From the NCBI GenBank assembly GCA_016795285.1, contig JAEUIC010000030.1, positions 148,435 to 212,434 of the forward strand: a stretch of 64,000 nt of DNA, in the 5' to 3' direction. The notes below the pieces were generated by a model. It was not told the DNA's origin and did not search any database. It saw nothing but the letters and a program-made list of their open reading frames with translations. A program made the position numbers and the translations under genes. Source of the stretch: Planctomycetota bacterium (GTDB lineage: Bacteria; Planctomycetota; B15-G4; SIAN01). Positions 18,960 through 28,621 of the stretch are shown in pieces; position 1 is the first letter of the stretch, and every line of letters starts with the position of its first letter.

Positions 18960-19649
18960 ATGCGGCGAATCACGGTGGTCCTGCGCTGGCTGAAGCGCGC
19001 GGCAGCGGCACTGCTCGGCCTGCTGCTGCTCTACGGTGCCGCGGTCGTGGCGCTGCCACGCGTGGCGGTGAACGGCGACTGGCAGCCGCCCGCGAGCGGG
19101 ATCACCATCGGCGTCCTCTCGAACGGCGTCCACACCGACCTCGTGCTGCCGGCGACGACGGCGGTCATCGATTGGACGAGCGTCGTGCCGCGCCGCGACT
19201 TCGCCGCGGTCGACGAGCAGTTCGAGTGGGTCGCCTTCGGTTGGGGGAGCCGCGACTTCTACCTCGAGACGCCGACCTGGAGGGACCTGCGCTTCACCAC
19301 GGCGCTGCAGTCGGTGAGCGGCTTCGCGGCGTCGGCGCTGCACGTCTCGTGGCGCTGGACGCCGCCCGCCAGCGACGAGCGCGGGCGCGTCGTCGTGCTC
19401 TCCGAAGCGCAGTACCGGACGCTGGTCGACGGCGTGCTGGCCGCCTTCGCGCGCGACGAATCGGGCGCGGCGCGCCTCATCGCTGCGCCGGGCTACACCC
19501 CCTACGACCGCTTCTACGAGGCGCACGGCCACTACAGCGCCATCACCACCTGCAACGAGTGGACGGGGGCGCTGCTGCGCGGCGTCGGCGTCAAGGTCGG
19601 CTGCTGGACGCCGTGGGCGAGCGACGTGCTGCGCTTCCTGCCGCGTTGA
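18960..19649 (+). CDS. TIGR02117/DUF2459-family conserved hypothetical protein
   Basis: N-terminal TM helix, GVHTDLVLP, WVAFGWGSRDFY and a C-terminal TTCNEWTGALLRGVGV, as in DUF2459 proteins. Confidence 0.65.
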   Translation: MRRITVVLRWLKRAAAALLGLLLLYGAAVVALPRVAVNGDWQPPASGITIGVLSNGVHTDLVLPATTAVIDWTSVVPRRDFAAVDEQFEWVAFGWGSRDFYLETPTWRDLRFTTALQSVSGFAASALHVSWRWTPPASDERGRVVVLSEAQYRTLVDGVLAAFARDESGAARLIAAPGYTPYDRFYEAHGHYSAITTCNEWTGALLRGVGVKVGCWTPWASDVLRFLPR

Positions 19650-21048
19650 CGGGCGGGCTCGCGATGGTCGTGCTGGGCGCGCTCGCCTCGCGCGCGCGGT
19701 CATCGAGCGCGATGCCGCGGTAGCTCCAGCCGCGAAGCAGCAGCCCCGGCCACTCTGCGAGGCGCGCGTCGATGCGGGCGAGGCGCGCGGCGTGGCCCGG
19801 CCGGTACTGCGGGATGCCGGGCCGATGGGGGAAGGCGGCCAGCAAGCGCGGCGTCCCGTCGATGCGCAGCAGCGGCGCGACCTGCTCGAACGCGAGTTGC
19901 GCGATCGCGTCCGGATCGTCTGGCAGCGCGAGCCGCTCGCCGCCGACCATCGCGCGCAGCAGCACGTGGCCGGCCGGCGCCCGTTCCGGGAAGAGGGCGC
20001 TCTCGTGGAGGACGCCGAGCAGCGGCCGCCGCTCGCCCTTCGGCACCAGGAAGCCGAGCGCGTCGACGTCGGCGCCGATCTGCTCGCGCCGCACGCCGAT
20101 GGCGACCACCGCGACGTTGGCCGCGGCGATCGCCGCGAGCTCCGCCGCCAGCGCTCCATCGAGCGGCGCCAGCAGCGGCGCCGCCTCCCACGCCGGCAGC
20201 GCGAGGCAGAGTTGCCGCGCGCGCCACGAGAGGCGCTCGGGCGCGGCGAAACCGGGACGCTGCTCGCCGTCGATCTGCCACGTGCCATCGGCCGCGCGCG
20301 CCAGCCGCGTGACGCGCACGCCGCAGCGCAGCGCGTCGGGCGGCAGCGCGGCCGCAAGCTTCGCCACCAGCGCGCCCGTCCCGCCGCGCAGCGCGGCGAG
20401 CAGCGGCCGCGGTGGCGGCGCCTCGCGATGGAGGAGGCTCCTCACCAGCGAGCCGTGGCGCTCCTCGAGCGCGACCATGCGCGGGAAGACGGAACGCGCC
20501 TCGAGCCGCTCCGGATCGCCCGCGAAGATGCCGGTCACCACCGCGTCGAGCAGCGGCGCGACCATGCCGCGGCCGAAGCGCCGCTCGATGAAGCGGGCGA
20601 GCGTCTCGTCGTCGTGCGGCCCGCCGGCGCGGCGCGCGACGAACGGCTCGCGCAGGAGGCGCAGCTTCGCGAGCGGCGCGATCAGCGGCGTGGCGAGCAG
20701 CGAGAGGGGACCCGACGGCGCCGCGCAGAGCCGCCCGCGATGGAGGACGAAGCGGCGCGCGGCAGCGGGGCCCGCCGCGCAGAGCTCGGGCGCGAGGCCG
20801 AGCTCCTCGATCAGCGCGTGGATCGCGGCGGCACCGCGCCGGATCGACGAGGCGGCGCGCTCGACCAGGAAGCCGTCGTGCCGCTCGCTCGCCACCACGC
20901 CGCCCGGCGCCGCGGCCGATTCGAGGACCACGACGCGCGCGGTCGGATCGGCTCGCCGCGCGCGCCACGCGGCCAGCAGCCCCGCGAGGCCGCCGCCGAC
21001 CACGACGAGGTCGTGCGGGGCGGCGGCGACGTCAGCGGAGCGCGCCAT
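19591..21048 (-). CDS. hemY: Protoporphyrinogen (or coproporphyrinogen) oxidase, FAD-dependent HemY type
   Basis: Dinucleotide fold DLVVVGGGLAGLLAAW...VVVLESAAAPGG, ~480 aa, last gene of the hem array. Its 3' end overlaps the convergent DUF2459 gene by 59 nt. Confidence 0.85.
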   Translation of the reverse strand: MARSADVAAAPHDLVVVGGGLAGLLAAWRARRADPTARVVVLESAAAPGGVVASERHDGFLVERAASSIRRGAAAIHALIEELGLAPELCAAGPAAARRFVLHRGRLCAAPSGPLSLLATPLIAPLAKLRLLREPFVARRAGGPHDDETLARFIERRFGRGMVAPLLDAVVTGIFAGDPERLEARSVFPRMVALEERHGSLVRSLLHREAPPPRPLLAALRGGTGALVAKLAAALPPDALRCGVRVTRLARAADGTWQIDGEQRPGFAAPERLSWRARQLCLALPAWEAAPLLAPLDGALAAELAAIAAANVAVVAIGVRREQIGADVDALGFLVPKGERRPLLGVLHESALFPERAPAGHVLLRAMVGGERLALPDDPDAIAQLAFEQVAPLLRIDGTPRLLAAFPHRPGIPQYRPGHAARLARIDARLAEWPGLLLRGWSYRGIALDDRAREASAPSTTIASPPVNAAGSAARRSPTASSSRP

Positions 21049-22036
21049 GCACCTGCGCCGCCAGCGCGTCGATGAAGTCGCGCCGCACGTCGAGCGCGGG
21101 CGTCCGCACGAACGCCGCGATGCCGGCCGCGCGCGCCTCGGCGGCGAGCTCGATGTCGATCTCGTGCACCGTCTCGATGTGGTCGGAGACGAAGCTGACC
21201 GGCACGATCACCAGCGCCTTGCAGCCCGCCGCGCCGAGGCGATGGAGCGTGGTCGAGGTGGCCGGCTCGAGCCACTTCACCGGCCCCGCGCGGCTCTGGA
21301 ACGAGAGCTCGACCGGGCCGGCGAAGTCGGCGAGACGCGCGCGCACGCCCGCCACGGTCGCCTCGATCTCGGCGAGGTAGGGGTCGCCGGCGTCGACGAT
21401 CCGCTGCGGCAGGCCGTGCGCGGAGAAGAGCAGCGTCGGCTCGCCGTGGCCGGCGGCGCGCGCCTGCGCGAGCCCCTCCTCGACGCAGCGCGTCAGCGCC
21501 GCGAGGTAGCCGGCGTCGCGCGCGTAGCTCTCGATCAAGGTGCGCGGCAGCGCGGGCAGCTCCTGCGCCGCGAGCGCGTCGAGCTCGCGCCAGCTCGAGC
21601 CGGTGGTGGCACGGCAGGAGTGGGGGTAGAGCGGCAGCGCGACCAGCCGCTCGACGCCGGCGGCCTGCAGCTCGGCCAACGCGTCGCGCGCGCGCGGCGC
21701 CCAGTAGCGCATCGCGGTGCGCACGACGAAGCGCCGCTCGCCCGCCTGCTCGTTCAGCCGCTCCTCGAGCGCCCGCTCCTGCGCGCGCGTGCGCGGCAAG
21801 AGCGGCGAGCCGCCGACCGCCGCGTAGTTGCGCTTCACGCCGGGCGCGCGCAGCGTCGCGATCAGCCACGCCAGCGCGTGGCGCACCGGCGCGCCGCCCG
21901 GCAGCTTCAGCACCTCCGGATCGCGGAAGAGCTCGAGCAGGAAGGGGCGCACCGCTTCGGGGCGGTCGGGGCCGCCGAGGTTCATCAGCACCACGCCGAT
22001 CGGCGCGCGCGCAGTCGTCGCGAGTTCGCGATGCAT
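21032..22036 (-). CDS. hemH: Ferrochelatase
   Basis: ATG 22036 gives IGVVLMNLGGPD...VRPFLLELFRDPEV, YPHSCRATTGSS and VSFVSDHIETVHEIDIE. Confidence 0.9.
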   Translation of the reverse strand: MHRELATTARAPIGVVLMNLGGPDRPEAVRPFLLELFRDPEVLKLPGGAPVRHALAWLIATLRAPGVKRNYAAVGGSPLLPRTRAQERALEERLNEQAGERRFVVRTAMRYWAPRARDALAELQAAGVERLVALPLYPHSCRATTGSSWRELDALAAQELPALPRTLIESYARDAGYLAALTRCVEEGLAQARAAGHGEPTLLFSAHGLPQRIVDAGDPYLAEIEATVAGVRARLADFAGPVELSFQSRAGPVKWLEPATSTTLHRLGAAGCKALVIVPVSFVSDHIETVHEIDIELAAEARAAGIAAFVRTPALDVRRDFIDALAAQVHGALR

Positions 22037-22038
22037 GG

Positions 22039-23454
22039 CTAGACCGTCTGGGAGAAGCGCGGGCCGCTGCCGGCGGGCGCGCTCTCGAGGAAGGTGTCGA
22101 AGCGCATCGCCACGTTGCGGGCGAGGTACTTGCCGGCGCCGGTGAGCGTGAGCGTGGCGCCGTCGATCGCCAGCAGCCCGTCGGCGACGAACGGCGCCAG
22201 CTGCTCGAGTTCCGGCGCGAAGTGGGCGGCGAAGTCGACGCCGTGGCGCGCGCCGATCGCGGCGCCGTCGACGCGCAGCAGGCAGAGGAGCGAGCGGATC
22301 ACGTCGCGCCGCAGCGCATCCTCGGCCGACAGCGCGAAGCCGCGCCGCGTCGCGAGGCCGTCGCGCTCGATCGCGGCGCTCCAGTCGGGGAGCGTGTCGT
22401 GGTTCTGCGCGTAGAGGCGGTCGAGCTCGCCGATCGCGGAGGGGCCGAGGCCCAACGCGTGGTCGGCGCGGCGCACCGCGTAGCCCATGAAGTTGCGCGT
22501 GAGCGTGCCGGCGGCGCGAGCGGCGAAGAGCGGGTCGGTCGGCCGCGCGAAGTGGTCGAAGCCGATCGACTCGTAGCCCGCCCCCTCGAGGCGCGCGACG
22601 GCGAGCTCGTAGAGGTCGCGGCGCAGCGGTGGCGCCGGAAGCGTCGCCTCGTCGATCGCCCGCTGCTGCTTCTTCAGCCACGGCACGTGGGCGTAGCCGT
22701 AGACCGCGAGGCGATCGGGCCCCATCGCGATCACCTGGTCGAGGGTGCGCGCGAACCCTTCGAGCGTCTGCTTCGGCAGCCCGTAGATGAGGTCGACGTT
22801 GATGCTCTCGAAGCCGCGCGCGCGCGCGTGGGCGAAGAGCGCCGCCGTCTCCTCGTGGGTCTGGAAGCGGTGGATCGCCGCCTGCACCTCGGGCGAGAGG
22901 TCCTGCACGCCCATCGAGAGGCGCGCGAAGCCGCGCTCCGCCAGCAGGTCGAGCTGCGTCGTCCGCGTGACGTGCGGATGGACCTCGAGGCTGCGTTCGC
23001 GGCAGGCGGAGAAGTCGAAGCGCGCCTCGAGCAGGTCGAGCAGCTGCGCGAGCTGCCCCTCGTCGAGGTGGGTCGGCGTGCCGCCGCCCAAGTGGAGCGC
23101 GCCGATCGCGAGCGGCCGGCCGGCGGCCTTCGCCGTCGCCTCGGCCTCGCGCGCGAGCGTCGCGAGGTAGCGCTCGACTGGCTCGCGCTTCTTCGTGATG
23201 AAGGTGTGGCAGCCGCAGAAGGTGCAGAGCTGCGCGCAGAAGGGCAGGTGGACGTAGATCTCGGCGTCGGCGATCGCGCCAACGCCACGTGCCGTCGCGG
23301 GCGCGCGGCCGAGCGTCGAGAGCTCCGCGGCCAGTGCGCGCGGGCCGACCGCGTCGCTCCAGCTCGGCACCGGCGGGTAGCTCGTGTAGCGCGGGCCGCT
23401 GCGGCCGTACTTGGCCAGCAGTTCGTCGGCGACGCGCGGCGCGGCGAGGCTCAT
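22039..23454 (-). CDS. hemN: Oxygen-independent coproporphyrinogen III oxidase (radical SAM HemN)
   Basis: GPRYTSYPPVPSW, YVHLPFCAQLCTFCGCH (CxxxCxxC), HLGGGTPTHL; 471 aa. Confidence 0.9.
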   Translation of the reverse strand: MSLAAPRVADELLAKYGRSGPRYTSYPPVPSWSDAVGPRALAAELSTLGRAPATARGVGAIADAEIYVHLPFCAQLCTFCGCHTFITKKREPVERYLATLAREAEATAKAAGRPLAIGALHLGGGTPTHLDEGQLAQLLDLLEARFDFSACRERSLEVHPHVTRTTQLDLLAERGFARLSMGVQDLSPEVQAAIHRFQTHEETAALFAHARARGFESINVDLIYGLPKQTLEGFARTLDQVIAMGPDRLAVYGYAHVPWLKKQQRAIDEATLPAPPLRRDLYELAVARLEGAGYESIGFDHFARPTDPLFAARAAGTLTRNFMGYAVRRADHALGLGPSAIGELDRLYAQNHDTLPDWSAAIERDGLATRRGFALSAEDALRRDVIRSLLCLLRVDGAAIGARHGVDFAAHFAPELEQLAPFVADGLLAIDGATLTLTGAGKYLARNVAMRFDTFLESAPAGSGPRFSQTV

Positions 23455-24542
23455 GGTGCGCTCGATGCGGCGACCGGCGCGCCGACGAGCGCCTCGACCA
23501 GCGCGGCGACGCTCTCGGGGCGCGCTTCGGGCGTGATGCCGTGGCCGAGGTTGGCGATGAAGCGGGAGCGCGGCGCCATCGCGCGGCGCAGCTCGCGAGC
23601 GGCGGCGGCGGCCCGCTCGGGCGCGCCGAGCAGCAGTGCCGGATCGAGGTTGCCCTGCACCGTCACGGCGTCGGGCAGCGTCGCCGCGAATTCCGGCAGG
23701 TCGAGCGTCCAGTCGACCGCGATCGCGTCGACGCCTGTCTCGAGCGCGAGGCGCGCGTGGTCGGCCGAGCCGCGCAGGAACCAGCAGACCGGCACGCCCA
23801 GAGCCCGCACGCGCGCGACGAGGTGGCGCGCGGCCGGCAGCACGAGGCGGCGCCACTGCGACGGCGGCAGCAGCCCGCCCCAGCTGTCGAAGAGCTGCAC
23901 GACCTGCGCGCCCCCTTCGACCTGCAGCGCGAGGTAGCTCGCCACCGCGTCGGCGAGCTTCTCCAGCAGCGCGGCGAAGCTCGCCTCGTCGGCGTTGGCC
24001 AGCGCGCGCGCCTTCTCGAACCCCTTCGCCCCCTTGCCCTGCAGCAGGTAGAGCGCGAGGGTGAGCGGCGCGCCGGCGAAGCCGATGCGCGCGACGTGCG
24101 CCGGCAGCTCGCGCGCGAGCAGCCGCAGCGTGCGCGCCGGCGCCGTCACCGCGTCGTTCGGCTCGAAGCGCGCGGGCGCGGCCGCCTCCTGCGCGCTGCG
24201 CGGGCCGTCGATCACCTCGGGGCCGTGGTCGCCGTAGCGGATCGTCCAGCCGAGCCCCTCGAACGGCACCAGCAGGTCGGAGAAGACGATCGACGCGTCG
24301 AGCGGGAAGCGGCGGATCGGCTGCAGCGTCGCCTCGCACGCCGCCGCCGGATCGGCGCACAGTTCGCCGAAGCTGATGCGCTCGCGCAGCGCGCGGTACT
24401 CGGGCAGGTAGCGGCCCGCCTGGCGGTAGAGCCAGGTCGGCGGGTGGTCGACCGGTTCGCCGGCGAGCGCGCGCAGCAGCAGCGGTCGCGTCGCGGCCAG
24501 CGGTGGCGTGGAGGGCGCCGCGAGCGGGGCGGTGGGACTCAT
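23451..24542 (-). CDS. hemE: Uroporphyrinogen decarboxylase
   Basis: PPTWLYRQAGRYLPEYRALR and IVFSDLLVPFEGLG. The stop overlaps the hemN start (ATGA). Confidence 0.9.
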   Translation of the reverse strand: MSPTAPLAAPSTPPLAATRPLLLRALAGEPVDHPPTWLYRQAGRYLPEYRALRERISFGELCADPAAACEATLQPIRRFPLDASIVFSDLLVPFEGLGWTIRYGDHGPEVIDGPRSAQEAAAPARFEPNDAVTAPARTLRLLARELPAHVARIGFAGAPLTLALYLLQGKGAKGFEKARALANADEASFAALLEKLADAVASYLALQVEGGAQVVQLFDSWGGLLPPSQWRRLVLPAARHLVARVRALGVPVCWFLRGSADHARLALETGVDAIAVDWTLDLPEFAATLPDAVTVQGNLDPALLLGAPERAAAAARELRRAMAPRSRFIANLGHGITPEARPESVAALVEALVGAPVAASSAP

Positions 24543-25267
24543 GTCGAGCTCCTCGGTTCGGGCGTCACGGCGAGCCGGTAGCCGATGCCGCGATGGGTGT
24601 GGAGCCATCGCGGATCGCTCGGGTCGGCCTCGATCACGCGGCGCAGCTTCATCACGAAGTTGTCGACGGTGCGCTCGGTCGGGTCGGCCTGCGGGCCCCA
24701 CACCTTGTCGAGCAGCTCGCCCCGCCGCACCACCTGGCCGCGCCGCTCGGCGAGGTAGCGCAGGATGTCGAACTCCTTGCCGCTCAAGCGGTGGGTGACG
24801 CCGTCGACGACCACCTCGCCGCTCTTCAGGTCGACGCGCGCGGCGCCGAGTCGCAGCACGCCGCGGCCGTAGACCGGCGTCGCAGCGCGTTCGCGCCGGC
24901 GCAGCAGCGCAGCGACGCGGGCGAGCAGCTCGCGCAGGTCGAACGGCTTGGCGAGGTAGTCGTCGCCGCCCGCCTGCAGGCCGCGCACGCGATCGGCCGT
25001 CGAGCCGAGCGCGGAGAGGAAGAGGATCGGCGTGTCGACGTCGACCGTGCGCAGTCGCGCGCAGAACTCGAAGCCGTCGAGCCCCGGCAGCATCACGTCG
25101 AGCACGACGAGGTCGAAGCCGCCGACCTCGGCCAGCGCCAGCGCCTGCGCGCCGTCGCCGCAGACCTGCACGAGGTGGCCCTCGTGGGCGAGGTTGATGC
25201 GCAGCGCCTCGGCGATGTCGGGATCGTCCTCGACGACCAGCAGGCGGGCGGCGAGCGCTGTGGTCAT
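24539..25267 (-). CDS. OmpR/PhoB-family response regulator
   Basis: Receiver LLVVEDDPDIA...DLVVLDVMLPGLDG...YLAKPF and a winged-helix output ending in GIGYRL. The stop overlaps the hemE start by 4 nt. Confidence 0.9.
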   Translation of the reverse strand: MTTALAARLLVVEDDPDIAEALRINLAHEGHLVQVCGDGAQALALAEVGGFDLVVLDVMLPGLDGFEFCARLRTVDVDTPILFLSALGSTADRVRGLQAGGDDYLAKPFDLRELLARVAALLRRRERAATPVYGRGVLRLGAARVDLKSGEVVVDGVTHRLSGKEFDILRYLAERRGQVVRRGELLDKVWGPQADPTERTVDNFVMKLRRVIEADPSDPRWLHTHRGIGYRLAVTPEPRSST

Positions 25268-26256
25268 GACTGCGCCTCCTGCAGCGGCAAGGTGAAGGCG
25301 AAGGTCGCGCCCTGGTCGGGGCCGCCGCTGTGCGCCGCCACTCCGCCGCCGTGCAGCGCGACGATCTCGCGCACCAGCCAGAGGCCGAGGCCGAGGCCGG
25401 GGCGGCTGCGATCGGCCGGCGCCGAGCCGCGCTGGAAGCGGTCGAAGAGCAGCAGCGCGCGGTTCGGCTCGAAGCCGACGCCGCGGTCGGTGACCGAGAG
25501 CTTCGCGGTCGCGCCGTCGCGCTCCACGGTCACGGTGAGGTGGGGCGCCTCGCGCGAGTACTTGAGCGCGTTGTCGAGCAAGTTGCCGAGCGCGCTCTGC
25601 AGCAGCGACGGATCGGCGCGCACGCAGAGCCCCGTCGCGAGGCGGCGCACCAGCGTGGCGCGACGCGCCTCGAGCAGCGGCGCGCGCTGCGCGAGGCCGC
25701 GCTCCACTTCGGCGGCGAGGTCGAGCGGCACGAAGGTCGCGCGCAGCTTGCCGGCGTGGAGCCGCCCGGCCGCCAGCACGTTGTCGACGAGGTCCTCGAG
25801 GCGGCGCGCGTTGGCCACTAGCGATTGCGCGAGGCGGGCGCGATCGGCGTCGCTGCCGCGGTTCATCTCGATCGACTGCGCGGCGAGCGTCAGCGAGGTG
25901 AGCGGGGTCTTGAAGTCGTGGCTCACGGCGGCCAGCAGCTGGTTCTGCTCGTGCTCGCGCTTTAGCTCGCGGCCCATCAGCCAGTAGATGCTGACCACGC
26001 CGCCGATCAGCGCCGCCGCCAGGAATCCGCCCTCGGCGACCGCCATCCGCACGCGGCTCTGGCGGACCGACTCGGCGTGGTCGACCGTGTCGCCGAGCTG
26101 CACCGCGGCCGCGACGTCGCGGCGCGACTCGCGCAGCTGGAAGTAGATCCACCAGCCGATCTGCGCCAGGCAGAGGGCGACCACCGCGAACAGCACGACG
26201 CGGGCGCGCCGGAAGCGGGCGGCGCGGGCGGCATCGGCGGCGGTGGTCGCGGTCAT
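25264..26256 (-). CDS. Sensor histidine kinase (two TM helices, ~30-aa outer loop, no recognisable sensor domain)
   Basis: H-box LLAAVSHDFKTPLTSL, N-box LGNLLDNALKY, G-boxes DRGVGF and GLGLGLWLVREIV. The stop overlaps the response regulator start by 4 nt. Confidence 0.85.
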   Translation of the reverse strand: MTATTAADAARAARFRRARVVLFAVVALCLAQIGWWIYFQLRESRRDVAAAVQLGDTVDHAESVRQSRVRMAVAEGGFLAAALIGGVVSIYWLMGRELKREHEQNQLLAAVSHDFKTPLTSLTLAAQSIEMNRGSDADRARLAQSLVANARRLEDLVDNVLAAGRLHAGKLRATFVPLDLAAEVERGLAQRAPLLEARRATLVRRLATGLCVRADPSLLQSALGNLLDNALKYSREAPHLTVTVERDGATAKLSVTDRGVGFEPNRALLLFDRFQRGSAPADRSRPGLGLGLWLVREIVALHGGGVAAHSGGPDQGATFAFTLPLQEAQS

Positions 26257-26279
26257 GGCGGCTCCTTCGGCGGGCGAAC

Positions 26280-27629
26280 TCAGTCGGGCGAGCGCAGCGT
26301 CGCGTCGTCGGCGAGGTCGGCGAGCGATCGCTTCAGCGCCGCCGCGAACTCCTGCGCGACGGCGCGGTCGTGCGCGCTCGACACGAAGCCGACCTCGTCC
26401 TGCGCCGGCGCGAGCAGCACGCCATGCGCGCGCAGCCGCTCGTGGAGGCGAGCGAAGCGGCGGCGCACCAGCGCGTCTGCGCGGTCGGCGCGGCGCGGCG
26501 GCGCACCGTCGCCGGTCCACAGCCAGAACATGCTGCCGAAGAAGAGCGGCGTGAGCGAGAAGGGGGCGGTGCGGCAGACCGGCGCGAGCGCCGCTTCGAG
26601 TCCCGCGCTGCAGGCGTCGAGCTGCGCCCGTTCGAGCGGGTCGAGCGCCAGCTGCACGCTCGCGAGGCCGGCGGCCATCGCCACCGGATTGCCGCTCAGC
26701 GTGCCCGCCTGGTAGACGGGGCCGAGCGGCGCGAGCAGGTCCATCACGCGTGCCGGCCCGGCCACCGCGCCGACCGGCAGCCCGCCGCCGACGATCTTCC
26801 CGAGCGTCACCAGATCGGGCGCGACGCCGAAACGCTCCGCCGCGCCGCCCGGCGCGACGCGCAGGCCGCTGATCACCTCGTCGAAGATCAGGAGCGCGCC
26901 GCACGAGTCGGCGAGCTTGCGCAGCGTCGGCAGGAAGTCGGGGCGCTGCAGCAGCAGCCCCGAGTTGGCCGGCACCGGTTCGACCAGCAACGCCGCGATC
27001 TGGTCGCCCTCGCGCGCGATCACGTCGGCGACCGCGTCCAAGTCATCGAGCGGCACGAGGCGCGTGTCGGCGACGCGGCCGGGCGGCACGCCGGCCGACG
27101 AGGCGTCGGGCAGCGCGTGGAGCCCCGAACCGCCGCGCACCAGCACCGCGTCGGAGTGGCCGTGGTAGCACCCCTCGAAGCGCAGGAGGACGTTCCGCTT
27201 CGTCGCCGCGCGCGCGAGGCGGATGGCCGTCATCACCGCCTCGGTGCCGCTGTTCACGAAGCGGACGCGCTCCGCGAAGGGAAGGGCGGAGAGCAGCAGC
27301 TCGGCGAGTTCGACCTCGCCGCGCGAGGTGAGCCCGTAGCAGCTGCCGTCGGCGACCGCGCGCTGCACCGCCTCGACGATGCGCGGGTGGGCGTGGCCGA
27401 AGAGGAGCGGGCCGAACGAGAGGATGCAGTCGACGTAGCGGCGCCCCTCGAGGTCCCACACGTAGGGGCCGGCGCCGCGCGCCGCGAGCAGCGGCTCCTC
27501 GCCGACGCCGCGGAAGGAGCGGACCGGCGAGGAGACGCCGCCCGGCAGCACGCGCCGCGCTCGCTCGACCCAGCCGGCCATCGCGCCGTTGCGCGCTTCG
27601 CTCAAGACGCCGCTCGTGGTGCCGCTCAT
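26280..27629 (-). CDS. hemL: Glutamate-1-semialdehyde 2,1-aminomutase
   Basis: LPGGVSSPVRSF, FVNSGTEAVMTAIRLAR, LIFDEVISG and the PLP lysine context TLGKIVGGGLP. Confidence 0.9.
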   Translation of the reverse strand: MSGTTSGVLSEARNGAMAGWVERARRVLPGGVSSPVRSFRGVGEEPLLAARGAGPYVWDLEGRRYVDCILSFGPLLFGHAHPRIVEAVQRAVADGSCYGLTSRGEVELAELLLSALPFAERVRFVNSGTEAVMTAIRLARAATKRNVLLRFEGCYHGHSDAVLVRGGSGLHALPDASSAGVPPGRVADTRLVPLDDLDAVADVIAREGDQIAALLVEPVPANSGLLLQRPDFLPTLRKLADSCGALLIFDEVISGLRVAPGGAAERFGVAPDLVTLGKIVGGGLPVGAVAGPARVMDLLAPLGPVYQAGTLSGNPVAMAAGLASVQLALDPLERAQLDACSAGLEAALAPVCRTAPFSLTPLFFGSMFWLWTGDGAPPRRADRADALVRRRFARLHERLRAHGVLLAPAQDEVGFVSSAHDRAVAQEFAAALKRSLADLADDATLRSPD

Positions 27630-28621
27630 CGCAACCATCCCTTCTGCAGCGCTTCGCGCGCGTGGTAGGTGATGACGAGGTCGGCGCCGGCGCGCGCGAA
27701 GGCGAGCAGGTTCTCGCGCACCACCGCGCCCTCGTCGATCCAGCCGCGCTCGGCGGCTGCCTTCACCTGCGCGTACTCGCCGCTCACGTTGTAGGCCACC
27801 AGCGGCAGGCGCGTCGCCGCGCGCGCACGCGCCAGCACGTCGAGGTAGGCGAGCGCCGGCTTCACCATCAGCAGATCGGCCCCCTCCGCTTCGTCGGCGG
27901 CGAGCTCGCGCAGCGCCTCGCGGCCGTTGCGCAGGTCCATCTGGTAGGTGCGCCGGTCGCCGAACTGCGGCGCCGAGCTCGCCGCCTCGCGGAACGGGCC
28001 GTAGTAGCCCGAGGCGAACTTCGCGGCGTAGGAGAGGATTCCGGTCGTCGTGCAGCCCGCCTCGTCGAGCGCGGCGCGCAGCGCGGCGATGCGGCCGTCC
28101 AGCATGTCGCTCGGCGCGACGAAGTCGGCGCCCGCGCGCGCGTGGGCGAGCGCCATCGCCGCCAACGCCGCGAGGCTCGCGTCGTTCAGGACGCGCCCCT
28201 CCTCGACGAAGCCGCAGTGGCCGTGCGAGGTGTAGGCGCACAGGCAGACGTCGGTGTGGATCACCAGCGCCGCGCCGAAGCGGCGGCGCAGCTCGCGGAC
28301 GGCGCGCGGCACGAGGCCGTCGGGATCGGCGGCGCGGCGGCCGTGCGGGTCCTTCAGCGCCGGATCGTCGATCACGCCGAAGAGCAGCACGCTCGCGATG
28401 CCGAGCGCGAGGTCGCGCTCCACGTCGCGGAGCAGCGCGTCGAGGCCGACGCGGTCGATGCCGGGCAGCGCGCCGATCGGCGTGCGCGCGTCGCGCGACT
28501 CGACCACGAAGTGCGGCTGGATCAGCTGCGCCGCATGGAGGCGCGTCTCGGCCAGCGCCTCGCGCAACGGGGCGCTCGACCGCAAGCGGCGCAGGCGGGC
28601 GAATGGACTCAGCGCGGGCAT
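27626..28621 (-). CDS. hemB: Porphobilinogen synthase (5-aminolevulinate dehydratase)
   Basis: DVCLCAYTSHGHCG (Cys-rich Zn site), MVKPALAYLDV, YNVSGEYA. Confidence 0.95.
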   Translation of the reverse strand: MPALSPFARLRRLRSSAPLREALAETRLHAAQLIQPHFVVESRDARTPIGALPGIDRVGLDALLRDVERDLALGIASVLLFGVIDDPALKDPHGRRAADPDGLVPRAVRELRRRFGAALVIHTDVCLCAYTSHGHCGFVEEGRVLNDASLAALAAMALAHARAGADFVAPSDMLDGRIAALRAALDEAGCTTTGILSYAAKFASGYYGPFREAASSAPQFGDRRTYQMDLRNGREALRELAADEAEGADLLMVKPALAYLDVLARARAATRLPLVAYNVSGEYAQVKAAAERGWIDEGAVVRENLLAFARAGADLVITYHAREALQKGWLR

